DNA from: Macrostomum hystrix
Taxonomy: Eukaryota; Animalia; Platyhelminthes
DNA: 64,000 bases
Direction: 5' to 3'
Assembly: GCA_950097015.1 (NCBI GenBank)
Contig: CATNEN010000038.1
Coordinates: 5,084,001 to 5,148,000, forward strand
Shown here: positions 1 through 12,593 of the stretch, piece by piece
Position numbering within the stretch: position 1 is the stretch's first letter
Layout of the letters: each line of letters opens with the position of its first letter
Made by a program: the position numbers and the translations under genes
Notes under the pieces: generated by a model
The model's database searches: none
What the model was told of the DNA's origin: nothing
The model's input: the letters and a program-made list of their open reading frames with translations, nothing else

Positions 1-105
1 TCTCCCCTTGTCATTCACCTCATCTCCCCCCCATCTCCCTCATCTCTCCCTCATCTCTCCCTCATCTCTCCCTCATCTCCCCTTCATCTCTCCCTCATCT
101 CTCTT
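1..105. repeat. CT-rich minisatellite, ~11-bp unit (CTCATCTCTCC)
   Basis: Direct tandem copies visible at the window start. Confidence 0.8.
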
Positions 106-113
106 CACGCCAT

Positions 114-341
114 TCAGATTGGCAAAGCAGCTCGGAGTCTCACCATCTTGCCCGGACCATCTGAACTCTTGAGTCCTTTCTGCTCAGCCGCCGCTTTGCC
201 CACAGAAGTCATCGTCTGCATGTCGATGGTGACCTCCCTGGCCGTGGCGGGCTCCTCATCGTCTGGCGCCTCCATTTCGCTGTGCGTCACCTCCATGAAC
301 TCAAAGGCCTCATTGTCGCACATACCGTGAGCTGTTCTCAA
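114..341 (-). CDS. Possible terminal coding exon of an unidentified gene
   Basis: GC-rich open frame (LRTAHG...RAALPI*) preceded in phase 0 by TTATAG, a possible acceptor. No recognisable family. Confidence 0.3.
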   Translation of the reverse strand: MRTAHGMCDNEAFEFMEVTHSEMEAPDDEEPATAREVTIDMQTMTSVGKAAAEQKGLKSSDGPGKMVRLRAALPI

Positions 342-875
342 CTATAACCAAATCCTTAGTCAGCTCCCCCAAGTCCTTGGAGCAGTCTCTATTGTCCCAT
401 GATGCTTCTCCTAGAATCTGAAGTACAGTGCATGAGCTCAGGGTCTACTCAAACAGCTCCAGTTCAAATTAGCTGTTTTTTTCTCACGTCCGATAAAATT
501 TTTTTCTCGATTGTCGTGAAAAGAAGAATCCTGTGCGAACAGCGTTCCAGGTGGGGGGTATGCCTTCCTTCCTTCCTCTCCTCTCCTCTCGTCTCCTCTC
601 CCAACAATGCTGAGCTCCTGTTCTTAAAATTCCATTGGACCTTTCCAGATCCAACGCGAGCTCACAGACCCCACCCCATCAACCTCCCCCGCCTCCTGAT
701 CCGCAGTTGTACACCTGTATGCCGCATTTTGGCACTCCGGACAGGCCAGACAAACGATTCCCATGACGACAACCCCAATGTAAGCCCCCCAATCCTCCCC
801 AATGTTCGCCATTGGAAGGCCAGACAGGAATGCTCAGGATGTACATTTGGCAGTGCGGTGAGCATCCCCCCTGCA

Positions 876-1120
876 TGCCCAGGTGGTGAAGGCTGGAGCA
901 GGGAAGGACAGGGATGAGGCTGACAAATTGCAGCGATGCTCCAATCGCTTATCCAGCCAGGGCTAAGTGGAGCTTATTTATCAAATATATTCGCTGCTGC
1001 ACTCGTAATTAGAAGTGAAAACACAGTAGATACTACACAAGGCTTGCGTTAGTTGAGGCTTGCGCTGCTGGATTATTTCACCTGTGAGTAGGGAGTAGAG
1101 AATGGTAAAAGCTTGTGGAG
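876..1120 (+). repeat. Dispersed duplicated segment, copy 1 (partner at ~3366-3640)
   Basis: CCCAGGTGGTGAAGGCTGGAGCAGGGAAGGACAGGGA..GGCTGACAAATTGCAGCGATGCTC and TATCAAATATATTC..CTACACAAGGCTTG occur at both sites. Confidence 0.85.
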
Positions 1121-1482
1121 TTCACCAAGAGAGACCGGAGGGTGGGTTGCAGATGGCGACACATGATTTGAGTCGGGCGGGTGAGGTTCTCTCAACTTGT
1201 CCCTCCGCACCTGCAGTATTCTCTGGTTCGCTCTTCGCTATTGCTGAGAGGCTGCTGTGAAGTAAAGAGGACGAACGACTCAGTAATTAAAGGAACTAAG
1301 AGAGAGAGAGGCACGGAGCAGAAAAGTCTGCTTCAGCAGGTAGCAGGATGTAACCAAGTTCAGAAAAAAAACGCAAATGAACATGGAAAATAGTGTGCAA
1401 GCCTAGCTGCTATTGACATTGCTGAGAGACTTAATGTGCTCAATGAATGTAAGGCGTCTTGGCAGGAGGAATAAGGAAGATT

Positions 1483-2190
1483 GGGTGAGACTAGGATAGA
1501 CTGGGATAGACTGGGAGAGACTGGGATAGACTGGGAGAGACTGGGATAGACTGGGAGAGACTGTGAGAGACTAGGATAGACTGGGAGAGACTAGGAGACA
1601 CTGGGTGACACTGGGAGAGTCTGGGAGAGACTAGGAGAGCTGAGAGACTGGGAGACACTGGGTGACACTAGGAGAGACCGGGATAGACTGTGAGAGACTG
1701 GTAGAGACTAGGTGAGACTGGGAGAGACTGTGAGAGACTGTGAGAGACTGTGAGAGACTGGGAGAGACTGGGATAGACTGGGAGAGACTGGGAGAGACTG
1801 GGAGAGACTGGGATAGACTGGGAGAGACTGGGAGAGACTGGGAGAGACTGTGAGAGACTGGGAGAGACTGGGAGAGACTGGGAGAGACTGGGAGAGACTG
1901 GGAGAGACTGGGTGACACTGGGTGAGACTTGGTGAAACAGGGTGAGACTTGGTGAAACAGGGTGAGACTTGGTGAAACAGGGTGAGACTTGGTGAAACAG
2001 GGTGAGACTTGGTGAAACAGGGTGAGACTTGGTGAAACAGGGTGAGACTTGGTGAAACAGGGTGAGACTTAGTGAAACAGGGTGAGACTTGGTGAAACAG
2101 GGTGAGACTTAGTGAAACAGGGTGAGACTTGGTGAAACAGGGTGAGACTTGGTGAAACAGGGTGAGACTTAGTGAAACAGGGTGAGACTG
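1483..2190. repeat. Compound minisatellite: 10-bp CTGGGAGAGA array changing at ~1920 into a 20-bp GGTGAGACTTGGTGAAACAG array
   Basis: Tandem periodicity is directly visible. Confidence 0.95.
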
Positions 2191-2904
2191 GGAGAGATTT
2201 TGAGTCAGAATTTAATGAGGAAGGGCTACAACATTAGTTTCTCTAGACTAAGACTATTTGATCTTTTTGCGTCTTGTTTGGAATTACAATAAGCGAACAG
2301 TTAAAGATGTAACTCAATCAAGTCTTTAGTTGTCCAATTTCCTTCGAAGCGATGAATGAGCTATTTTCTGTGGCAGGACAATCTAAATTTAGAACTGCAG
2401 GCTGTCTAGCCGCGGACAAGCCAGCCGCAGCTACTTCCTGGAAACAGACTCAGCTTGCTGATGTTAGCTAGCTTTTCAAAAAATGCTTCCTGCGATAAGT
2501 GCACTTAGTCTCTGTGTCCATGGCAACTACGGACAGTGTTGCGTCTAAATACAGATCTGTAGCGCTTGCAATCAATTTGCGCAATACACAAGAACTCTTA
2601 AATTCACACACATGGCTACTAAAAGTAGTCCAATATTCCACAGTATTACACAGCGAGCTTTAAATAAATCAATAATTAGTTTTGCAAAAAACTTCCTTAA
2701 ACCAGAAAAAGCGTTTTAGTTGCGGCTTCTAAGCCATAGACAAGCAGTTCAATTAGAATCTGACATGAATCTGACATCTGATCTGAGATATTAATCTAAA
2801 TCTTCTGCTACGTGTTGTATGTAAAATATAGAATCAAAGAGATCAAGAAATAGTCCGATCTGGTTGATGAAATCTTATTTCTCGGCCAATGATTATTGAC
2901 GCTC

Positions 2905-3345
2905 ATGCAGCTACTAGTTCTAACGCTGTGGCTCCTCCTGTACACCCAACCGACTGCTTGCCTGCCTGCCAGCGTTGAAAAGGCCCTTAAAGAAGCGAGC
3001 AGGGATCGACAGTGGACCCTCTTCGCCGCCTACGCCAGCGTGCTGGCTATGTGCGGCCCGCTGCTGAGCTCTCTGATGCTGGCCTGCTTCTGCTGGTTCC
3101 GCCACGAGGAGCTGCAGGCCGCCGTCGGGCGCACCGCCCAACCAACTGCTTACTTCGAGATTGATTGGCGCGAACAACGTTTGTTGCAGCTGCAGTCGGC
3201 GATTGGCCTGGAGGAGTTTTACAACTCAGCCTACGCGGCCAGGGATCCGCGCGTCTACCTGGTCGGCCGGCACTATGCCGACCTGCTAACAACCATTCTC
3301 AATCGGCGGCAGGCGGCTTTGGCGGCATCCAATGTCTCAGATTAG
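2905..3345 (+). CDS. Small single-pass membrane protein (signal peptide + TM), unknown family
   Basis: ATG 2905. Hydrophobic N-terminus MQLLVLTLWLLLYTQPTAC, TM-like WTLFAAYASVLAMCGPLLSSLMLACFCWF, GC-rich codon usage, stop TAG at 3343-3345. Confidence 0.65.
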   Translation: MQLLVLTLWLLLYTQPTACLPASVEKALKEASRDRQWTLFAAYASVLAMCGPLLSSLMLACFCWFRHEELQAAVGRTAQPTAYFEIDWREQRLLQLQSAIGLEEFYNSAYAARDPRVYLVGRHYADLLTTILNRRQAALAASNVSD

Positions 3346-3365
3346 GCTGATAATGTCCCGTGACA

Positions 3366-3640
3366 AATGTCCCAGGTGGTGAAGGCTGGAGCAGGGAAGG
3401 ACAGGGACAAGGCTGACAAATTGCAGCGATGCTCAATTTGCTTATCGTTTGCTTAATATCCAGCCTGGCCTAGGTGACGACTAGCTAGCCTATGTATCAA
3501 ATATATTCACTGCAGCACTCGAAAAAAAGAAGTAGAAATCCAGAGGATGCTACACAAGGCTTGATTTTTTGAGTGCCGCTGGTTTTTTTCACCACGGGGA
3601 GAAGCTTATGGTAAAGCTTATGGTAAAGCTTGTGGATCCA
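3366..3640 (+). repeat. Dispersed duplicated segment, copy 2 (partner at ~876-1120)
   Basis: Same sequence blocks as 876-1120. Confidence 0.85.
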
Positions 3641-5109
3641 ACCTGAGTGTGGCTCAAGTGAGCTTAATTGCTTAAGTGTAAAGAAATTTCTCTGATCATC
3701 TCTTTGCAACTCGCTGCTCGCGACTTTGACGGCATTTAATGTCCCGGCTTAGGCAGATAATTTTTCTTGGCTTTAATTGTACATATCCCAGTTTTCATTT
3801 TTTACCGAATGTTTTTATAAAAAAATTTTCATATTGAATTCTCAATTTTTAGTAAACAAAGTTCTTAACTTGCAATGCATTACGTATACCAATAAAGTAA
3901 AAACTAAAACTACGTTGATATTTTTCATTTAATTAAAATACTTCATCTAACATGTCATTTTTATGTCGATCTAAAGTTAGAAGGCAAGTGACCTCCAGAA
4001 TTTTGAGATATTTATTAATTACAGTCAACGGCTTGCATTTTTTACAATTTAGCTTAAAAAGTTAGCTTAAACAAATCTTATTTAAGAAACTGTAATTTAA
4101 ATTAAAACGGTACCCAGTAATTAAAAATGTACCTAATAACAAAGTTTCTATACTATTAAGCTATTCTTTTAATAAATTGTTGAAAACAGCTAATCACTCG
4201 AATGAAAAGGTTTTCATTTAACTTACAAAAACAATACATTTAATGTATCCACATATCTAACCCGCACGACTAGTCTATGATTATTCATATAACCAATGTG
4301 TAGTACATTCATTTTTTCTAAATGACAAAAAATTGGTTAATCTGCCGCGTAGAATGGTGCTAGAGAGATTGAGAGAAACGTTGATTTACTTATTCTAAAA
4401 TGCGAAAGAATTTTTTTTATCAGCACTAGAACATTTTTGAAAATTCGAATATAGGTCTTATGTGTGTATGCTATATATGTGCATGTGCATATTTACATAT
4501 AAAAGAATATATGTTTAAACATTCATAATGTCTCTTATATCCACTAATTAAGCAGTAGGAAACCTTGTATGAGTGAGCAAGCGAAATGCTGGACTTGTAA
4601 TATTAATCTGTTTTATTTCCTTTGTCTCTACATCCTTATCGTTTGTTTAGTAGATGCATTGCAAAGTTTATTATTTTCTTGTTTTCAAATTTTTACTTAT
4701 TAGCATTGTTCTCTCTCTGTAATTCGTTTTCTATGTAAAGCATTTTCTATGTTATTGTAGCTAGACATAAAAATCAACTAGTTTTACATCTAATATCCAA
4801 GAATTAGTAGACTGTTTGAAGAAAGTTCTGGCCTGAAAATTGTACATATATTATTTTCTTGCATAATTCAGTATTAAAAATATAAAATTTATTTGTCTGC
4901 CGTTACACGACCTCATTTGGCCTTTAAAAAAGTTTTATGATCCTAGCTAAAACAATAAAAAACTACATTTTATAGAAAATAGTGAATAAAAGATATAATA
5001 TTTATTATATTTAAATAGTTTATCGTTGAAGAAAATAAAGATGTATTCTTAATGAAAGTATTTATTTTGCAGCTTGTTACAGAGCTCCGCTGCAGCTGAT
5101 TTATCAGTC

Positions 5110-5949
5110 ATGCTAATTTCTATCTTCGACGAACTTAGCTGGCATCTCATCACTCGAGCTCTCGAGGACAACAAAGTCCTGGTGCTGGGTCTGAGCGCTC
5201 TTATGGTGTTCCTGACAATCCGCTTCATCCACAACTGCCTGCTGGGTGGCAGCGAAGTGGGAGAACTAGCTGAGCAGCTTCAAGATGAAGTAGACAATCC
5301 GGAGTTGGAGACTGACAAGCCAGCTGAGGAGAAGCCAAATCCTGGAGTCATTGACGACGGCACGCTGATAGATGCCTTCCAGAATTCTCGCCCCCCGCAG
5401 GATCCCATTCACGGCTTTATGACCGGGGATCGCGACAAAGTGCCCTTCATGTGTCCCTTCTTCGAGGCCTTCAAAATGGCGCAGAAGCGAGCAGAAAAAG
5501 AGAAAGAAGAAGAAGAATTCATCGCCAAGGCGCAGCAGAAGGAGCGCGAGAAGAAAACGGAATCGGCTGACAAAAGTGCGCCTGCCCTCGAGACTAAAAG
5601 TACACCCGCGCCGACGACGGAAATTGTCGTCGAAGAAACTTCGAAGAAAGTTGCTGCCGAGCCCCTAGAAATAGATCTCCCAGACCTAGACGATGATGTC
5701 ATTAGCGACCAGCATGTTCTGAAGAATGTGCTCGGCAGCGTGCCGTTCAACCACCTGCCCGGCTGTCTGAAGCGCCAGGAGCAGGGCAAACTGTTCTCCG
5801 TCATGTCCGACGAGGAGAAGAGTCGCGAGAGAGACGCGGTGAGCCAGCAGCTGGGCGAGATCTACGCCCTGCTGGCCCAGCAACAGGAGGTCATGGGCGA
5901 CACTTCGATTGAGGAGTTGAAGAACCAGATGAAGCTGTACGCTCACTGA
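5110..5949 (+). CDS. MXRA7: MXRA7-like (matrix-remodelling-associated protein 7) single-pass membrane protein
   Basis: N-terminal TM and acidic low-complexity middle. C-terminus MSDEEKSRERDAVSQQLGEIYALL...MGDTSIEELKNQMKLY resembles the MXRA7 C-terminal helical motif. Intronless from ATG 5110; upstream AG acceptors at 5072 and 5082. Confidence 0.75.
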   Translation: MLISIFDELSWHLITRALEDNKVLVLGLSALMVFLTIRFIHNCLLGGSEVGELAEQLQDEVDNPELETDKPAEEKPNPGVIDDGTLIDAFQNSRPPQDPIHGFMTGDRDKVPFMCPFFEAFKMAQKRAEKEKEEEEFIAKAQQKEREKKTESADKSAPALETKSTPAPTTEIVVEETSKKVAAEPLEIDLPDLDDDVISDQHVLKNVLGSVPFNHLPGCLKRQEQGKLFSVMSDEEKSRERDAVSQQLGEIYALLAQQQEVMGDTSIEELKNQMKLYAH

Positions 5950-6010
5950 ATTTTCGTTCGTTGAAGGAATTAAAAAACAGTAACTTTTTGGGCTGAGTGC
6001 AATCGTTGCA

Positions 6011-6732
6011 AGAGATGATGAGACAGGGGAGAGATTATGGGACAGGGGAGAGATTATGGGACAGGGGAGAAATTATGGGACAGCGGAGAGATTATGGGAC
6101 AGGGGAGAGATTATGGGACAGGGGAGAGATTATGGGACAGGGGAGAGATTATGGGACAGGGGAGAGATTATGGGACAGGGGAGAGATGATGAGACAGGGG
6201 AGAGATTATGAGACAGGGGAGAGATTATGGGACAGGGGAGAGATTATGGGACAGGGGAGAGATGATGAGACAGGGGAGAGATGATGAGACAGGGGAGAGA
6301 TTATGAGACAGGGGAGAGATTATGGGACAGGGGAGAGATTATGGGACAGGGGAGAGATTATGGGACAGGCGAGAGATGATGAGACAGGGGAGAGATGATG
6401 AGACAGGGGAGAGATTATGGGACAGGCGAGAGATGATGAGACAGGGGAGAGATTATGAGACAGGGGAGAGATTATGGGACAGGGGAGAAATGATGAGACA
6501 GGGGAGAGATTATGGGACAGGGGAGAGATTATGGGACAGGGGAGAGATTATGGGACAGGGGAGAAATTATGGGACAGCGGAGAGATTATGGGACAGGGGA
6601 GAGATTATGGGACAGGGGAGAGATGATGAGACAGGGGAGAGATTATGGGACAGGGGAGAGATTATGGGACAGGGGAGAGATTATGGGACAGGGGAGAAAT
6701 GAGACGAGAGATGAGACGGGAGAGATGAGACA
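6011..6732. repeat. 19-bp minisatellite (AGATTATGGGACAGGGGAG)
   Basis: Tandem periodicity of 19. Confidence 0.95.
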
Positions 6733-8175
6733 GGCGTGTGATAAGACGGGGCAGATTTTAGGTGAGTAGGGGGAGTAGGGTTTGAATTATGACATATTGA
6801 AGAGGTTTGCCGCCGCCCTTAGCCGACCCTTTGATTATGGAGCTGCTATAATGAATGGCTGGATATTAATTTACAGGACTTGTGATCTTGTCCACAATCA
6901 GTCATTTTCGCGTTTTTATAGCTCTCAGAGCTGCAGACATTTGTTTAGTAAGTTGAGTTTGTGTAGAAGAATTTTTGTGGCGTCAAGTCGTGGTCTAGTC
7001 AGGAAATGCTACACATACAGCTTTAGCTGTTTTATCAGTAGTTTCATGCTTATTAACTTTTTTTCAAGTCCACGTTTTCGGACAAACAAATTAGCAAGTT
7101 TTTGTGATTTTTTGTTTTTCTGGCATATTAAATATTTCACAAGTTTTTTAAACGCTGGTTCGTTCAGCTTCTCCACTGACAGCGGCTGTTGTGCATGCGC
7201 AGTCCTGAGTTCGAATCGTGTTGAACATTGCATCCAGCTTTAGCTTTTAGTTTGCAGTATTCTTTTTCCATTGCTAGGTAATAAATGGCAAATATCTACT
7301 TGCTGTTTTGTTTTTGTTGTTTTAGTCAGAAGCTTTTGCTTCTAGAAGCAGTCTTTTTATCACCGTCACAGTGCACAACTAAACACAACAATAAAGTGTA
7401 CTGAGCGCAGTAGACACTGACGCATTCCAATTGCTTATTGAAGTCTTCTGGTAATGAATAGTTAGAACGAAAACGTCAGCTTGACTGTTTAGAATTTTTT
7501 CTTTTTTATTTTGTTAAAGTAATCCAATTCAACAAGCAAAACGACAACAGTTAAGGGACACAAACAGAGGGATTAAGATTTGGGACAGAAATCACCAGAG
7601 GAAATATGGCAGAATCTCATGAACAGGCGACATCATCGCTTGATGAGTTGGATCAGCACTGACTAGGCAAACTGCAGCATTGTAAATGAAAATTTTAAAG
7701 AAGCGAGATTAAACTTGCCTGTTTGTAATTAATATGAAGCACTATAGGACAATTATCAACCACAGATGCATAATCAATACTACAAGAAGTAGATAAAAAC
7801 AAACCTAAATGGATTCACATGGATTTTTCGATACATATATGTCTAGAAACTAGTATAAATTTAGAAACAAAATAACATTTTTTCTCGTAAAAGAAAATAG
7901 GTGATGACACTAGCAAGGCACACTATTATTTCAGATCTCAATGTTTGTGTTACATTCAAGCTTAACTGAACCTTTTCGATACATATCGGCTAATCACGCC
8001 CAAAAAGCGTGTTTCGATACATATCGGTCAGTAAGCAAACACAAGTGGGATACAATTATTTTAAAGTACTTAGACGAGCTTTCAACCACGCAGGAAAACA
8101 AACACAAGCATGCAAAACCCGTCAAAAATACGAATCGCTGAATAAAGTAAATCCACACTCGTGACGTCACAGAGC

Positions 8176-11100
8176 TCAGCTGAGCACTCGAGCGGTGAGC
8201 AGCCACATGAAGAGCGGCTGCAGGCCAGCTATGAACAGCAGCATGTAGAGGCGCCGCTTGTGACCGGCGCTAGAATGATCGGCCGCTTGGATTTGAAAGT
8301 TCAGAGTTCGAATCTGGCAGAGGTGAATGAGCAATATGGAATATCTTAGGGTCATCGGCTCATGAGGGACGATATAAAAAATATATTACTAAAATTTAGC
8401 ACAGTTCAGATTCCAGTTTAACACTATTCCAGTTTGAGAAGATTCCATTTAGTGAAGATACCAGCTTGGGAAGATTCCACTTTAAGAAGATTCCACTTTC
8501 AGAAGATTCCAGCTTGAGAAGATTCCAGTTTAAGAAGATTCCAGCTTGAGAAGATTCCAGCTTGAGAAGATTTCAGCTTGAGAAGATTCCAGTTTAAGAA
8601 GATTCCATTTAGTTAAGATTCCAGCTTGAGAACATTACAGCTTGAGAAGATTCCAACTTGAGAATGAAAATATTCCAGTTTAAGAAGATTAAAACTTGAG
8701 AAGATTCCAGCTTGGGAAGATTCCACTTTAAGAAGATTCCAGCTTGGTAAGATTCCAGTTTGAGAAGATTCCTGCTTGAGAAGATTCCAGTTAGAGAAGA
8801 TTTCAGCTTGAGAAGATTTCAGTTTAAGAAGATTCCAGTTTTAGAAGATTCGAGTTTGAGAAGATTCAAGTTTGTGAAGATACCAGCTTGGGAAGATTCC
8901 AGTTTGAGAAGATTCTAGTTTGGGAAGATTCCAGTTTGAGAAGATTCTAGTTTGGGAAGATTCCAGTTTGAGAAGATTCCAGCTTGGAAAGATTCCAGCT
9001 TCGGAAGATTCCAGCTTGAGAAGATTCCAGTCTCTAGATGACCGCTTGGAACTCACCAAGAAGAAGGCTAGAGCGGCACCGAACCACAGCAGAGCGATGT
9101 AGAAGCCAAGCGAGCTGAAGAACAGGCCGCTGAGCACAATGGCGATCATGCTGAGCAGTTTAAGGGTTGAGTTGGCAACGAGTGAATTAATCAGATGAAG
9201 AAGCTGAATCAACGAAAATGTGGACAATTTTAGGAGACATGAAAAACTTACCCGACATATTTATAACCGGCATAAGCCACCAGATCCAGATAGCGAAGCC
9301 TGGAGTTCAAGTTGAAAATGTAGAAAGTGAGCAATAGCGCCAGTATCTCAACAAGCAGCCAGACCAGCGCTGTACTGGTGAGCACGCCCAGCTGTTCGGG
9401 TGTGAACCGGTTGCCAACCCCCAGAGCAACGCCGCACAGCAGGATATAGGTGACGAAAGCCATGACGGGTATGTAGAGATCCGGCGCGTTTACATCGAAT
9501 CTTGGAGCCACCGGCACCGCCTGCTGCTGCTGCTGCTGGCCAGAGACATCGTCGCTGCTGTACTTTAGGCTCCAATTTCTATTAGCATAGGGGAACACTA
9601 ACAGGAGCAGCTTCTTGCCAACGTAGGCATTGTCAACGGCGAAGTAATACTTGATGCGACTGCTGGCCACGTACTTGTTGAGATTCTCCTGCACGTACTG
9701 GGTGCCCTGGCCAAACACCTGCTGGCCGTACTGCATGGCCATGTCATTCACCATCGGATTATTCAATAGCTGACTGGGGTTGAAATTGCTAGGCTGATAG
9801 AACGACTGCTGCTGCTGCTGCTGCTGGCTGACTGGCGGGTATTGCGGCTGATAGCCGCCTAGAACGGATGGGTGGGTAAAATAAGCAGTGATTGAAGGAG
9901 TGACAGAGTAAAGGATTGACAGTGATGGAGTGACAGAGTAAAGGATTGACAGTGATGGAGTGACAGAGTAAAGGATTGACAGTGATGGAGTGACAGAGTA
10001 AAGGATTGACAGTGATGGAGTGACAGAGTAAAGGATTGACAGTGATGGAGTGACAGAGTGAAGGATTGACAGTGATGGAGTGACAGAGTGAAGGATTGAC
10101 AGTGATGAAGTGACAGAGTGAAGGATTGACAGTGATGGAGTGACAGTGAAGGAGTGACAGAGTGAAGGAGTGACAGAGTGAAGGAGTGACAGAGTGAAGG
10201 AGTGACAGAGTGAAGGAGTGACAGAGTGAAGGATTGACAGTGATGGAGTGACAGTGATGAAGTGACAGAGTGAAGGATTGACAGTGATGGAGTGACAGTG
10301 AAGGAGTGACAGAGTGAAGGAGTGACAGAGTGAAGGAGTGACAGAGTGAAGGAGTGACAGAGTGAAGGATTGACAGTGATGGAGTGACAGTGATGAAGTG
10401 ACAGAGTGAAGGATTGACAGAGTGAAGGAGTGAAAGAGTGAATGATTGAAAGTGATGGAGTGACAGTGATGAAGTGACAGAGTGAAGGATTGACAGTGAT
10501 GAAGTGACGGAGTGAAGGATTGACAGTGATGGAGTGACAGTGTGAAGGACTGACAGAGTGAATGAGTGAAGGAGTGCCAATGTCAGTGATTAGCTTTAAA
10601 GGGAACATTTTTTAACAAATAACTAGACAACAGGTAAACTGCCAGCAACCAAGTTGATCATTGGGATTGTAAATTAGTAAAAAAAACTGATTAGTTAAGC
10701 AATACATTTTTAGAATTTTTCATTACTTAATTGTGACACACTAACAAGAAATTAGTTCTGAGCACATCTTAATCTAAGAAGTTTGAGTACGGCTCAAAGC
10801 TAAAAAAAATTATTTTAAACCTTAAAATCATGTTAAAAAAGAAGTAACAAAAATAAAAACGTTTAGTGAGTTATTTTTAGTTTAAAATGCTGATGCAAAG
10901 TTAACTTACCTTCAGTAAAGATGGCTAATGAATTCAATAGCAGATTTCAATATTAAGTGACATGAAGCAGCTTTATTGAATAAAAAATTGACTTTTTCAC
11001 TACTAAAAGTAGCGTGACATAGAATTAAGAAAAAAACTAAAGCACTTACTGGAAACGTAGGTATCGGCACCAAACACTGGCTGCTGCTGCTGCTGATGAG

Positions 11101-11254
11101 CCGTGGGATCGTAAAACTGGGCAGCCATCTGGGTAGGCGGCGAAGACATAAAGCTAGAGTGCTGCTGATCGGAGACGTCATCGAATAAAGCGCCCTGCTG
11201 CTGACGGGCCTGCTTTGACGTTCTGTGACGTCGGCTACCGGATCCGCCGCTCAT
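8176..11254 (-). CDS. YIF1: YIF1 (Yip1-interacting factor) ER/Golgi membrane protein, 4 exons
   Basis: Exons 11254-11050, 9858-9252, 9150-9057, 8313-8176, all GT-AG and phase-compatible. Motifs LFDD, KYYFAVDNAYVGKKLLLLVFPY, PRFDVNAPDLYIPVMAFVTY, YKYVGM, IRTL, QPLFMWLLT. Confidence 0.95.
8405..9030. repeat. 16-bp minisatellite (GAAGATTCCAGCTTGA) in YIF1 last intron
   Basis: Tandem periodicity of 16 with degenerate copies. Confidence 0.9.
9890..10575. repeat. 30/16-bp minisatellite (GTGACAGAGTAAAGGATTGACAGTGATGGA) in YIF1 intron 1
   Basis: Tandem periodicity visible. Confidence 0.9.
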
Positions 11255-11759
11255 GCTCGATGCTTGAATAGTTTCTCTCCTTTAGATCAGTAACACTTCT
11301 TCTATTGTTCTGCGGTGATCTCTATAGATCTGTAATTGAAAAAATTAGCCCTTTGTAAGTTTTAACACCTAGAACGATATTTTCCGGGTTTAATTTCTAT
11401 GACGACGATCGTCAATAAGATTGGCGATTATTTAAAAAGCAAGTTTTTTTGTTCTATTAACGATAACAAGATTAAACTTGGACGTTCGTATACATGATCC
11501 TAAACTTTCGTTCTAAGCACTTTAGGTAGTAAAATAATAACAAGCAGGAATGTATTTGACTCGTAGAAAATAAAGTTTTCGAATCCGGTTATTATCTATT
11601 AAATTTTTACAAAAAACTGTATAGCAGTCAGAAATCATATCATCGTGTCTACAAGCGCACTGTCAAAAGCTAATAGACACGATGGATTAAGCGTGATTCG
11701 ATTAGACAGCTACGAAATATTTTAACTGCTATGTGTATTCGGACAATTTGCTTGAGAAA

Positions 11760-12022
11760 TTCGGAGGAATCTGGTTGCTAGAGCTATTAAGAGGACTCTG
11801 GTTGCTAGAGCTATTAAGAGGACTCTGGTTGCTAGGGCTATTCGGAGGACTCTGGTTGCTAGGGCTATTCGAAGGACTCTGGTTGCTAGGGCTATTCGAA
11901 GGACTCTGGTTGCTAGGGCTATTCGGAGGACTCTGGCTGCTAGGGCTATTCAGAGGACTCTGGTTGCTAGGGCTATTCGGAGGACTCTGGTTGCTAGGGC
12001 TATTCGAAGTACTCTGGTTGCC
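11760..12022. repeat. 27-bp minisatellite (GACTCTGGTTGCTAGGGCTATTCGGAG) between OMA1 and YIF1
   Basis: Tandem periodicity of 27. Confidence 0.9.
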
Positions 12023-12593
12023 AAGGTTTTTTAGAGGACTTAGACGCTTTTCTGAGTTTGAACCGAACGATTTTCTCGTTTAATTCGGGGAGTCTAATTT
12101 TAGAAAATGTCACACTTTTACGATGAAAGGCACTTACGGTTAGCATAAAAGACAATAGAAACGCCATAGCAACTAAATAAAAGATTTGTGACAAAGGGCG
12201 ATTAAAAAGCACACAATTACAGCAGCTATCTATAATTCAGAAATAACAGAAATATCCAAATTAGCACAAACGCACTTATATAAATAACAATAAAATATAG
12301 TAACCAGAACAAACTTGCATAGCAACAGAATTACTGAAGCTAATGCAAGACAAACAGGTGTGCAAACATAATCTGGAATGCGGCTACAGCAATTTCTGCA
12401 AGAGTAAAAGATAGTCCAACTTAAAATCTAGATCGATGCGACAACACACACAATGTCCCACACTGGCAACAGATTTTTGTGTTTGACACTGCCGCAAGCG
12501 AACAATTACCCTCAATGACAGCAGATTTTTGTGTTTGACACTGTCGCAAGCGAGCAATGTCCCTCAATGACAACTTTTTAATGGCAACACTGT

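Noticed and set aside
399-917. 172-aa plus-strand ORF and overlapping minus-strand ORFs
   Set aside because: No recognisable domain or convincing splice structure.
7009-7260. Possible hAT transposase relic (QPLSVEKLNEPAFKKLVKYL)
   Set aside because: Only a short motif-like resemblance; no supporting domains or TIRs seen.
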